This document shows positions 46,347 to 59,600 of a DNA stretch of 64,000 nt, one piece after another. The stretch spans positions 197,753 through 261,752 of the forward strand of contig DF236983.1 in NCBI GenBank assembly GCA_000708835.1. Reading direction: 5' to 3'. The DNA comes from Klebsormidium nitens. Lineage: Eukaryota; Plantae; Klebsormidiophyceae. A program made the translations under genes and the position numbers. Numbering within the stretch: the first letter of the stretch is position 1; each line of letters starts with the position of its first letter. Below the pieces are notes generated by a model, which made no database searches, was not told the DNA's origin, and saw only the letters and a program-made list of their open reading frames with translations.

Positions 46347-49300
46347 CTACTTACGATACAAATAGATCGCCCTTCCGAATCCTCCTATACTGCCAGGAAC
46401 GGCGGGCGTGACGATGTCCGCACTGCGGAACCCAATCTGCAGAAAGATACAGAATCTACTGACTATAAGCATGACAGCAGCTTCAAAGCTCCGCTGAGGA
46501 GTTTGCGCACACCAAGAGCGCAGACCAAACTTCTGATGAAGATACAAACTCCCGACCGGTGACCGAGCTGTATGGTCATTTCGATTTTCAGCACAGGTTG
46601 AGAACGTTGCGACGGAAGAGCGTAAACTGACCTTTGATTGGAGGACGTTCGAAAACTGGTCCGGCAAAATCTTAATTTCCTTGAAGTGCCGCTGCGTCGT
46701 CTGCACAGTAAAACAAGGGACGTCAGTCGCCATTGAGTGTTTGTGATTGAAGCGATTCATTCAGAGTCCTCTAAAACGACTCGCAATGTCACGCCTTCCC
46801 ACTCTGGCCGCACTCAGTCCAGAAAGTGTTTCACTTGAAACAAGGCAGCTGTCTGGGCCACCCCGGACGGCCTGCTGACTCACAAACGTTTTCGACCCTG
46901 CATGTGCTGCTCGCATTTTGCGCACACTTGGCGCTTTCTTTGGCAATCGATCACGATTCACATCGCTCCGGCCCTGTACTTCGGACCGAAAGGTTCAAGT
47001 CGAAGCAGCAGAAATGACGTTACGCGTTTCCGGGCACTTAGAGACCCACCTCCGAGACTGCCCGGTTGCTCTTGTACGACTTCCAGGGCTGCGGCTCCAA
47101 TATGAAAAGTCCCCCGGGCTTGAGGCTCTTGTAGACCTTTGAGAAGAAGCGCAGCAGGCCGTCGTCGCCCCAGTTGAGGTGGATCCACTTGACCACGCTC
47201 AGACTGCATCGGGCGACATGAGCTCGCTGATGAGATTTCGGAAAAGCAAAGAAGGGGTCGATCCAGCAGGTTTGGCGAACGAAGCAGGCGACCGTAATCA
47301 GCAGAAAGAGCCATCCTTGCAGAGCTCCACGCATCTAATCCAGAGAGCTTCCTAAAGCACACGAGAGGGCAAAACCCAGTGGACGCACGGCTTCGAGGTC
47401 AGGCGTTCGAGAGCAACCTTTTCAAAAACAACCCTCGAAATCCATCGCACATGGAGTCCCGGCTAAGATGACCAGGCAAGCTCAGCGATTGACTGAATAA
47501 CTGCGGCCAACGTCGTCGTCAGCAATCACCCAGCTGCTCACTACTTGAACTGAAAGTCGCCCTCTCACCTCATCACGACGTCGTACTTCTCCTCCTCGAC
47601 CGGGCTAACGACGAAGTTCTCCTTCCGGAACTGCACGTTCTGCGAAAACCGCTTCCTTTCCAACGCCGATCCGCCCCCGAGGCACTCCCTTACTTCACTT
47701 GAAAGAAATCCCGTGGCTTCACTGGCTGGTGGATCGATCGTCGACACCTCTCCCTCTGTTTCTCGCTCATCTAATGTGCCCTCCGCCATACCCTCCCCTT
47801 TTCCTTCAAGCATAACCGTTTCAAGCAAAACATCTTCCTTTACGTCCCCGTTCTCACCCTCGGTTAACCCAACCAAACCTAAACCCTCCGGCTTCTCGCC
47901 CTCCTGTGCAAACCTAGAATGCAGAGAGGCTTCTCCCAAAGATCCGAGGGTTCCGTCGGCCGTCTGCTCGGGAACCCCGCTGACAACGACTCTGCCCGAC
48001 TCTTCTCCGCTGACGTCAGCACTTCCGTTCGCACCTCGACTGCTGACGTCAGCGGCCTCGTCCGCACCTCTGCCACTGCCGTCACCACCCCCTTCTCCGA
48101 CGACTTCGAAACCCCCGACTGTCGAAACTTGCTCGGAGGTGGACGAAACGACCCTTCGACCAGTTTCGCCAATATCAGATTCAGGGGGGTGACCCGAATC
48201 GTACCCCTGAGCTAGCCGCCTCCGCTTTTCTTGTCTCAGCGGCCCTTCTGGTGAGCGGCTGCTCTGTGTTCCCCATAGCAGGGTTTGCCTAACCCCAGGG
48301 TGGTCAGCTTGACCAGCGAGTTCGAGCCGCGCCCGCTGCGGCTTGTTGGCTTGGCGCAGGATGGCGGCTTCTCGCTTGAGGTGACTTTTGGCCTTGGCAA
48401 CTAGGGCTGATAGGAGAAAAGGATGTGCGATCATTCGTGAGTTGCTTGTAAAAAGTAGTTTGTCAAAGTAGAGATTATCATTCAGCTACATAGAGCACAT
48501 GTCAGCTGAAGCTTAAACACGGAAGGATTGGCCGAACAGAGCCAGCATTTGAAGATGCTGAATGTGCACAGACGATATTGATCTGCAAGTGTGGCTTGAT
48601 GATGGAACAAGGAAAGGCGAATCCCTATGGATGCAACTCGGGTGAGAGCACAGCGACATCAAGAGGAAGAACTCGAGGAGATGGTAAGGATGCTCACATC
48701 CATCTATGTCAACGCCCACCATGCTCCCACACTCAAACTTCTGAGCTGCAGCACAGACACACAACGAGCCACACATGAGACAATATCAAAACGATGCAGG
48801 ATGTACTCTGAGAAAGGAAAGCTCCGGGAGAGGATCAAATTTCAAAGACTTGCATGGACTGCCGACGCAGCTGCTACCAAGAAAAAGTTCAAAGGGAGGC
48901 ACTTGAACGATCATTCAGGATTTCCTGCAGCCGTAATCCTTGACAATGCAGTGCACTGGAGAGCAAAGTGTGCGAAGATGACTTTGCTAACAGGGGACTG
49001 AGAGAAGAGCGAGAGGGTATTAGTACCTACAGCGATGGTGACGTAGCCTTCGTTGCAACCCACGTCCAGGCACGCCTTCCCCTGAAACCATTCCTTTTGG
49101 AACAAGCTCAACCGGGGGTCCTCTGATAGTGTCTTGGCAAACTGCAAGAAAGACATTTTCCAACAACACTTCAGATGCCTCCATATTTGCATTGAAACAC
49201 TGCGTCAAAGTTCCTTGCTAGCTACTTTCTCCTTCCATCATGTCGACGAAACGCTAAACTTGAGTGTTTGACTCCTGCAAAAGCTCAACGGAAGGTTTGA

Positions 49301-50250
49301 AAAGAGGTCACTCAAAAGGTGCTGCAAATCTTGCTTGGGCAAGGAAAAACTGTGCCATGATCACAAGCCGTGACAGACATCAACCGTTTGGCCTTTTGAT
49401 TAATATGAATGGAAAATCTTGAAGATTGCACCGCATTCAAAAATATGGGGGGTTTAGCAGGGCAACTCACGCGATAGCCATAGTACCGGTTGTAATTGCC
49501 ATATGGGAAGACCTTCTTTGCGTAGTTGTCCCGTTGTTTCCCTGCCCCCTTGCCTGCGACACCGTTTGTGCGACCACCTCCGCAATCATTCTCTATCATC
49601 ACCGCTCCAGTTTGGACGTTATGCAGATCACTGTCAACATTTTCTCTAGATGCAGGAGTCTCATCAGGCCCAGTCACAGAATCATCTGCTGGCGCCCCCA
49701 CCGTCTCCTTTCTGATCTGCTCAGAAGCCTCAAATGGAACACCATTCCCTGTAGCCGATTGGCCCATCCCCATTTCACTGACAACCTCCGCCACGTCGGA
49801 AGACACCTGCTTAGAGCTTGCACCGTTCAGGACATCTCTACTTTTCTTGGACGCTCGAACTTCTGCACTTTCTAAAGCATTGCTCTCATCACACTGGGGC
49901 TCAACCCTCCTCCTTTTCGCCTGCTGTTTGTTTTTCTCTATCTGGAGCACCTCCGGCCCATCATCCTCATCCTCAAGCCCTTGGTTTTCCGCCAAGCCCA
50001 TCCTCTTCTTGTCTAACGTCCCCCTCCCTGATGAGCTAGCCTGCCAGTGTGAAGGAGCTCGTTCTGCTACACCACCCCTGCCCTCCTCACTAAGGACGTC
50101 AACTTGTCCTACTGTATGGGCTTTTCCGGTGGCATTGACATCCTTCGAAAAGCTGCGTTTATCAACCAAGCCGCCCGCTTTGCGCACCAGCTTGCCTGGG
50201 AGAGGGACCTTCTGCGGCTTTGTCAGCGCCCTGGGCACAAATGCTGCCAT
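46347..50250 (-). CDS. MEPCE: Bin3/MEPCE-family RNA 5'-gamma-phosphate methyltransferase
   Basis: Motifs: [95 protein letters not shown]. An additional 5' exon upstream of ATG 50250 cannot be excluded. Confidence 0.92.
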
Positions 50251-50686
50251 GGCCTTGGGATCTACCTAGTGGAATCTGACGGCAGCGATAAAGTTGGCTC
50301 AAGCACATGAAGCCTTGAAAGGGACGCAAGAGAGCGCTGAAGAGGCTCTACCCTTCGAGTGGATTTGAGGCGTTTTCAAAACATGGTTAACGTCTAAGGG
50401 CTACGAGACCGAACTCGCATTATGTCGCCGTGTTCTTCTTTTCCCAAGTCCTTGACGCCAGAGGACCGACGGCGACGAGAACGGCAGAGTTTACCAAATG
50501 GTTAATCATACATCGGGTTACAAAGGTGGAGCTCTCAGTTGAGACTCAGAGCTCTGTGGGAGGACTTGAAGTAGAAAGAGAGGGGAACGAGAGGCGCTTT
50601 GATCCCTTTTAATGAAGCAAGGGAGAGACCTAGGAAGCACGTTGGGTAGATGATGCGGTGCTGTTAGGCCGGAAGCTTCGGAAAGA
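50251..50686. promoter_or_regulatory. Probable bidirectional promoter region (MEPCE / Aquarius)
   Basis: 436 bp between divergent ATGs. Inferred from gene arrangement only. Confidence 0.4.
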
Positions 50687-53600
50687 ATGGAGAAGTCAGT
50701 CGACGCCTCCGCTGCGGCAACCGCGAACGGGGCAGCGGCTATGGGCACGAAGATGGACAAGAAGCAGAAGAAACTGATGAGCGGACTTCCTGCAGGGGCT
50801 CGGTCGATTACGCTGGATCAGATTCAAAAGGATAGGCTGACGCAGACAGCGGCCGTGAATTGGTCGACGCAGGTTGTGTCAAGGGCTGACAGGCCAGCAT
50901 TTAACCCAGGGCTGGTTAAGCAGATATATGATGACGAGCTTGTGAGCAAGACGAGGAGGACTGTGCCCCTGCAGAGGGTGATGCTCCTGGAGATCAGCCA
51001 GTACTTGGAAAACTACCTGTGGCCAAATTTTGATCCAGAGGCTGCCTCCTTTGAGCACGTCATGTCCGTCATTGTGATGGTGAATGAGAAGGTGCGGCGG
51101 TGCAAACTTTTTCCAAGATCACTATAAAATTCTCATAAAAAGAAGTGCAATTGCTTTTGGTGGCGCAGAAGATGTTACCATTACCAATATCTGCTCGGAG
51201 CGTCTCCCAAAAATTGGCCTTTTTTACCACCGCATCCATCTACGAATGCAGGACAACCCAATTGTTGAACAGAGTGGTTGCAGGCAGCGTAAAATAGTTT
51301 CTTTCCCATCAGTCCAAAGCTTTGTGCCTCATATGGAAGCATCTGGATGAGTTGCGTTCATGTTGCAGCAGCGCGCCATTGCAAACATTTCTGCAAAATC
51401 AGTTCAAGCGGAATGATCTCATGCCCTTGCGTCTTGCTTGTGCAGTTCCGAGAGAATGTCCCTGCATGGCGCTCCTTCCACCAGCGAGAAGACGTGTTTC
51501 CGCTCTTCTTTCGGCAAGTGTTGGCACTCAAAGAGGTATGCAGTGACGATTCCTAAACTAAGCATTTCATCTGTGAGTTGCATATGGGCCAGTAAACAGG
51601 CGAGCAATTTTCTGTCCGAGTTCCAAAAGCAGTCTTCAAGTGCCGCAAATTTTTTGTCTTGGTACTTCTGTCCATCACTGACGCAGTGATTGTCTGATGC
51701 GTTCTGGAATCAAAGCTAATGGTCCTCGCCGTCCCTTCCACCGCTCCCTTGTATCATGCTTATGTGGCTTCCGAAAGCGGTACTATCTGGGTGGCGGTCG
51801 CTCGGAGAATCACTGCAGATGAACAACTGGCCGAGTCGGGCGTATCAAGTTGGACACATTTTGTGATTCAGGGCGAGCGGCAGATGACGATCCAGGAGCG
51901 CACCAATTACCTGCTGTTCCTGATCAACTGCTTCCAGAGCCTGGAGGACGAGATGGTGCAGCGGCCAGTCTTGAAGCTGGTCTCTCTCCCGCTGTGGCAT
52001 GCCCTTTCTCCAGGTCGACGGCAGGTGAATGGTCTTGAAGTCTTGACGATGAAGTGGTGATTTATACTGGCCTTGAGGGCGTTTATGCAATCAAAAGCGG
52101 TCTCGTATCTGGCAGTGCCACAATGCTTGTACTTGCATGAAATCATAGAGGGGCCAGGCATAGAACATCCTTGTCATATTTCTCCTCATATACTGCATAT
52201 GAGAGCAAGGCCTTCTTAGCGCGAGAGGACCTTCTGATGCACATCATCTCCACTTTTCACCATGTTCATTTGTCGTATTCAGGCCCAATTTAAAAGCTAC
52301 GAGAAGATGGGGGAGCTGTGGGACAGACTGCAGCGGCGAGAGGCCAAGGAGGCCAAGAAGGGCGGGGACCCACTGAGCAAGCCGGAGGTGCAATTCATGC
52401 CTGGGATGCTTCACGAGTTTCTGCAGGTAAGCCAGTTGAGGGGCTCTCGGGCCGACTTGTTTGCCTTGCGAAAGTAGCAAGAGGGTACCTCTGGCCATCT
52501 TTCTGAAGGTTTTCTTAATTGGTGATGGGAGTTGTCTTTGATCAAAGGTGGATTGTAATATGGGATGTTAGGCTGTCTGGTAGATACTCGCGTCCGATCT
52601 CTATGTTCCGATCTAGAACAACGAAGAAATGGTGAAGCTTTTTTGCTAGTGGTTGGGCTGCGGGCCGGGCGGGGTTCGGCAATCTACTCTCTCATGTTCA
52701 CAAGATCCCGCAATTGGGCAGCTTACCTTAGAGCACTAACGATACATAGGGAGAAAGTTTTAAGGAGACTCCGCAGCTACAATCAGATTTGCTTTCTGAA
52801 CGTACCGATTGCCTTGCTTCTGCAGACTTTGGAGACAGTAATCAGCACTGCTGAGGCGAAAACCGATGGGGATGAGCCAATGACGGAGGCCGGCGCTGCG
52901 ATTGTTGATGGTGCAGAGGGAGAGGAGGCCCCAATAGCAGGCCAGGTCGACACCTCGAAGCTGCTGTACTGCGAGCGCTTTGTCGAGTTCCTGATTGATC
53001 TGCTGAGCCAGCTGCCGACGAGAAGGTGAGGGCCCTTTGAAATGGTTCCCACATTACTTCTGATATGAGAGGCGATTGCTGCAACGATTGGCTCCTCGCA
53101 ATCTCCTAATCCGCCCGACCTGTGGCGTGCAGACAGTTTTGAGGATCATATTTTGTATGAAGACACAAAACTTCGGAAACGTGTTCGCATGGCCATCGCA
53201 AATCCACAGGTCTTTTGAACCGCTCCACTCTCTGGCTTCCACTGTGCTGCTTCGACGATCATCAATTTGTCTCTCCCTCGTCAGGTTCTTGCATGCCGTC
53301 GTGGAGGACTTCCAGATCGTGGTCAAGTGCCGAATGAGCACGCTCTTCTCGCATCCCCGCGGCCGGCTCTTCACGCAGCTCGTGGATCTTCTCAAGTTCT
53401 ACATGGTGAGCTGTGCTCACCCGGCACGGTCATACGGCTGAGCTCACATACCAGTCCATCAACATTTTGATTATTGTCGCTTTCTTACATCAGGATTGCT
53501 GCGTAGTCCTTGCAATTTCCCTTTGTCTGTCCCTACTTTGTTTTGAAGAGCGAGATTGGACATACACGCTCTGATTCTTAGTCGAATATTTGTTCGGTCC

Positions 53601-56600
53601 TACATACATTGCCCGACAGGCTTCCTAGTATAAGCACTCATTTCGTGACATCGGATGCAGGTGCTTCCGCACCTTTTTCCTCGGTAAGCAGCACCAGCTG
53701 CGCTTGAACCCGCGTAGAGAATTGCCCTCGCTTCAAACGTGGACAAACGCTGACCCCGTGTTCATCTCGCAGACGTTTGAGATCAACAACCACACGGGTC
53801 ACCAACTAGAGGAGGACGAAATCCAGGAGGCGCACTGCCGGCGGCTGTACGACCTGCAGCTGCTGTGCTTCCAGCAGTGGCCGCAACTGCGCCCGCTGGC
53901 GCTCAGCCACGTGGGGGCCATCGAACGGCGGGACCAGCTCGCGAAATTCCTGGCGGTGCTGTCGGACGAGAAGCTGCGGACGCTGGTCACGGAGCATGTA
54001 AGCACACGCGGTGGCGGCCGCGCTGTCAGTCATGAAGCTGCTGGCATCCTGTTTGAGTGGCTGGATTTGTGTTCAGATTAGACGCGGTCAGCTTTTCTTT
54101 GAACCTGAGTGTCGAAGGGATTTGCCACTCGTGATCTCAGAGCTTGATCGCTCAAGCCTGGCCTTTGACGTTGTACTATCACGCGAACGGCGACACAATT
54201 CGACAACGACGCCATCGATCACGACTTCGATCAGAATTGCAGCTTCATTGGTTTCCAGTGTCTGAACAGAGCTGCAAGTTCAGGTCGCGGCAGTCGAGGA
54301 TTAAAGAGATAAGATCTGACTCACGAATTTACTTTCTTGAACTCTCTGCAGTTGAAGCTCGTGTCGCCCGACGACTCTTGGATCCACCGCCCCGGCTTCC
54401 TGCTCGAGGTCGTCCTGCAAAACTTCGAGCGGCGCCCGTCGCAGCGCGAGTTCGTCAACGAACTGCCGCTCTACCCCAACGAAGACGTTCTCTGGGACGA
54501 AAACCTGGTTCCGAGCATTAACTACACCGGGGAGGGCTGCCTCGCGCTCCCAAAACTCAACCTGCAGTTCCTAACCTTCCACGACTACCTCCTGCGGAAC
54601 TTTAACCTGTTTCGGTTAGAGTCGACGTACGAGATCCGGGAGGATTTGGGCGACGTTTTGCAGCGGGTGAAGGCGGGACGGAACCGGGACGAGGAAGTAG
54701 TGTTTGGCGGGTGGGCGCGCATGGCGATGCCCACGAAAGGGTTTAGGGTGACCGAGGTGCGGGCGCCAAACATCGGGGAGGTGAAGCCCGCGCGGGTTTT
54801 GGCGGAGGTTAAGATAACCGTGGCGGGGTTAAAGGACGTGGTGCGGGCGGAGTGGAACGACATCAAGGAGCACGACGTGCTGTTTCTGCTGAGCATACAG
54901 CCGGCCGTCGCGAACGAGGGGGAGGAGAACGGGGCAAAACAGGAGGGGGAAAGGAAGAGCGTGCCGGAGCGGTTCGGGTTGAAGTTTGTGCGGGGGGCAG
55001 AGGTGGTGGAGATGAGAGACGAAGTCGGGACGCTGATGAACGATTTCAGCGGGCGGACGAAACGGGAGGACGTGAAGCCCCCGGAAGGGAACGAGCGAAC
55101 AATTGTATTAGCGCTCGATCAGGCGCAGTACCAGTTGGACGTGACGGCGACCGCGGAGCGGGGGGCGCCGGACGTCTACGCGGGGTTCAACCTGCTCGTC
55201 CGGCGGAAGCCGAAGGAGAACAATTTCAAGGCGATCCTGGAGTGCATCCGCGATCTGATGAACGAGAATAACATCGTGCCGGAATGGCTCAGGGAAATTT
55301 TCCTCGGGTACGGAGACCCCGCGGCCGCGCAGTACCAAAACCTGCCGGAGAAGGAGCAGCTCCGGACGATCGACTTCAAGGACACGTTTCTTAGTGCGGA
55401 CCACTTGCGGGAGTCGTTCCCGGGTTCGGACGTCCGGTTCGTGGGTCAGGATAACGAACCGGACACGGAACCGAAGCCGCCGTTCCGGGTCACGTTCCCT
55501 CCTCGGAAGGAGGAGAGCAGCACGCCGGTTATCAAACCGCCCGCAAAACGGAAAGGGGTAGACGGGGAAGTCGCGAACGGGGGCTCGGCGATGGAAGTAG
55601 ATGGGGCGAAGCAACTAGAGGCGGAGCCGATCTTGGCGCAAAGTTATGTGCCGCCGGACCCCGGCCCATACCCGCAGAACCAGCCAAGGCAGAACAGCGT
55701 GCGGTTCACGCCCGTGCAGGTGAGGGGACAATGGGATTCGCGCTGGCATTGGTTATTGGCGTTCTTTGGACAGATTGAACAGAGGGTGACACTCCTGTGC
55801 AAGTACAGGACTAAGCATGGGCTTTCTTTCTGTACGTTCGGAGGACGGCATCCACGCTTTAGTTCCTGCGGTCAGATTTGCGGGATGCAGATCGAGTCTG
55901 ACGGAAATGTAGGCAGTCTGAAAGCCCTCCTGCAACATGAACTAAGACCCCGATCTTCTACGTGCAAATTACAGCTTCGATCACCAGCTGCAAGCATAAG
56001 ATGGTCAGCAACTGTATGAAGGTAAATGTCATCAACATTTCGTTGAAGAACGGACCCTTAACCCATCGATCTGGGGTCTTGTCAGGTGGAGGCGATCAAG
56101 TCGGGCGTTAACCCCGGGCTGACAATGGTTGTTGGGCCCCCGGGGACCGGCAAGACCGACACGGCCGTCCAGATCCTGAACGTGCTATACCACAACTGCC
56201 CGGGTCAGCGGACGCTGCTCATCACGCACTCCAACCAGGCGCTAAACGACTTGTTCGAGAAGATCATGCAGCGGGACGTGCCGGCGCGCTATTTGCTGCG
56301 GCTGGGTATGGGCGAAAAAGAACTGGAGAGCGAGCAGAACTTTAGCAGACAGGTGAGGATTCTGACGTTTTACCGTTCCTTATGTACTACTTAGCCAGGT
56401 TCTTTTTAGATAAGACTCAAGCCTTTCTGTGAGGGACCGACTGCTTTTACCGAAACTGAGGGCAATTGAAAGGAGTACACTTTGGTCAAAGCGGATAGGG
56501 ATTCCGCTAACCTATGGGACAGACGTTGGTGAGCAGACGTGCCAGCTTCCTTTTGTGAAGTTTGCAAAAGTTGTAGGAAGAGCATTTGCAAGTTGGCTTG

Positions 56601-59600
56601 CTGTTCAAAAAGGACGTTAGATTGGGGTGCGGTAGTCATGGGGGGGCTTCTTTTAGAGGGGCTGCTTTCAAGTAACGATTGAAACGAGAACGTTAACAAC
56701 AAATATTGCAGCAGAAACTGACCCTCTCTGCTGCTCCCGTCCAGGGCCGCGTGAATGCCATGCTCGCCCGCCGCATCGAGCTCCTCGCCGAGGTCGAGCG
56801 CCTGGCGCGCACGTTGGACGTCCCCGCTGACGTGGCATACACGTGCGAGAGCGCCGCGCACTTTTGGCTGCTCCACGTGCTGGCGCGCTGGGAAGAGTTC
56901 TCGGCTGCGTGCGAAGCCAGCCAGGAGCCGTCGATCGTCAAGGAGAAGTTCCCGTTCAAGGAGTATTTCAGCGACGTCGGCCGGAGTCTGTTCTCGGGGG
57001 TGTCGTATGCGCGGGACATGCGTGCGGCGACGGGGTGCTGGCGGCACTTGCGGACGATGTTCCAGGAACTAGAGGTGAGGGGCGTTGACGCTCAGGGGTT
57101 TGCACGTCAAAATCTTGCTCATCGGCTGTTTTCTTGACCAATGTTTGGGTGGATTTTATGCACAGAGTGATGGGAGTTGTCCGTGCGTGCGGTGACTGAC
57201 CTCGAGAATGGATCTCCGGCAGTAAAAAGTATTAGTTTTTCAAAAGAAGCAAGCTTCTTTGGTGCGATTGGTAGCTTACGGCCGATGTAAGGATTTCAGA
57301 CTGCGGGTTTAGTCGGGCTGCCCGTGCTCGTCAAAGTTTGTGCCAAGTCTTAGAAGTCTCAAACGTCCGAATGTTTGCAAGCCTCAGGGCAAAGGTCTGA
57401 CCCGGGGTCTTATCCCTGCCCCCAGAGCCCCAATTTTTCAGACCCCAAATCATTGTTAGTTTCGCGAAACCGATTCTGACCGAACGCCTTTTGCCTCCCC
57501 TCAGGAGTGCCGCGCCTTCGAGCTGCTCAAGACGACGGCGGACCGCTCCAACTACCTGATGACGAAGCAGGCCAAGATCATCGCCATGACGTGCACGCAC
57601 GCCGCGCTCAAGCGCCACGACTTCCTAGACCTGGGGCTCAAGTACGACAACCTAGTTATGGAGGAGAGCGCGCAGATCCTGGAGATCGAGACGTTCATTC
57701 CCATGCTGTTGCAGCGCCAGGACGACAACATCGCGCGGTTGAAGCGGGTCATCCTGATTGGAGATCATCACCAGGTGAGCGAACGAAGGTTTGCTATTTG
57801 AGCGTTTGAAGGGTCGATTCGTTCCGTTGTGATTGTTGGGATGTATCTGCAGCGCAGGTTTTAGCGACCAATCGGCGGTGATGTGCTTTTTGATGTTCAA
57901 AATCGTTTCCAAGAAGGTCACTGAGGATGACGAAGATTTTTGAAGGGGCATTCGTTTACAACATGCTTGTTTCAGCGAAGTTGTGAGTCACGTTCGGCAC
58001 AGGATTAAGTACCCGAATATGGCTTTGTGACTGTACTCTATTGTCTTGCTCAGGCACGTCGTCAGCATAGACTGAGCTCCAGGCATCACCGCACGCACTT
58101 CGCAAAAACGCGCTCCAAACCACATCCAAGTAGACAAAAAGGCAACCGCTAAGTTCCGCCTCTCCCTCTCCAACAACTCCCGCCCGTGGTGAAGAATAAG
58201 GCTTTCGAGAAGTACAGCCACGGAGAATGCAAGAACGGTTTCACATCCTAGAAAGAACAACCGCTAAAACCTCGTCTCTCTTTTTCTGAACAGCTGCCGC
58301 CCGTGGTGAAGAACATGGCGTTCCAGAAGTACAGCCACATGGACCAGAGCCTGTTCACCCGCTTCGTGCGCCTGGGCACGCCGTACGTGGAGCTCAACGC
58401 GCAGGGCCGCGCGCGCCCAACCATCGCGCGATTGTACAACTGGCGGTACCGCCAGCTGGGGGATCTGCCCGCCGTGCAGCAGCGACCAGAGTTCCAGGTA
58501 AAGTTTTTGTTTTTTCCCCCTCGTTTGTGAGTGTGTTTCGTGGTTATTGTTTGTTGTAGGCTTCTTCAGGCAGTGGTTTGGGGGTTGGTCGTTCACCAAC
58601 TCCTTCGTGTGTGCAGGTCGATTGCGAGAGCAGGTATTGGGAAGATCTGCTGGGAGTTGGGATCCCGTCGAAGCAGCAAAATGCTGTTTCTCTTTGAGCA
58701 TGTCGTTTCTCTACTTTGACTCCTTATCGCCTTCGTCAACCTGCCCAAAGAGGTTTTTGCCACACCCAGCTTATCAGTTCATCCTCTCCGTTCTCTGAAC
58801 TCCCACATCTGGTCTGAATGCACTGTAGTGGAACGTTTCCGGTGCGAAAGCATCGTTCCTACTCTGAGCACAAATCCGTCAACTCCGTTTTCGACATTAT
58901 CTCGCTCCTCTTCCCCAGGTTGTAAACGCGGGCTTCACCCACGTGTTCCAGTTGGTCGACGTGCCCTACCACCAAGGCCCGGGCGAGTTTGAGTCGAAAT
59001 CTGGTGTCTATCTACACCTTATTCCAGATCTAACAGCTCCTTGATCCCGCTTTGACACCATCTTATTTTTCCCCCAGGTGGCAAACGCCGGCTTCACCCA
59101 CGAGTTCCAGTTCATTGACGTCCCCGACCACCAGGGCCGCGGCGAGTTCGAGCCCAACCCGCACTTCTTCCAGAACCTGGGCGAGGCCGAATACGTGGTC
59201 AGCGTCTACCAGTACATGCGCATGCTGGGCTTCCCCGCGCACAAGATCTCCATCCTCAGCACGTACAACGGCCAGAAGCACCTCATCCGTGACGTCATCG
59301 AGCGGCGGTGCGCGAACCACCCGCTGTTCGGGCGGCCGAGCAAGGTGACGACGGTCGACCGCTTCCAGGGCCAGCAGAACGACTACATCCTGCTCAGCCT
59401 CGTGCGCACGCGCGTCGTGGGGCACCTGCGGGACGTCCGGAGGCTGGTGAGGATGGAGAGGTTTAGGTTCCTCAAATTTGTTGTTTAGGGTTGTGAAATG
59501 TTGGTGCTCCACAGGAGTGTTTCTAAAGGAGTGGGTGCTTTTCTGCTGGTGGACTGCAGATGGAGACTGTTCGCTGGCCTGTAGGACCAGCGGCTGAGAA

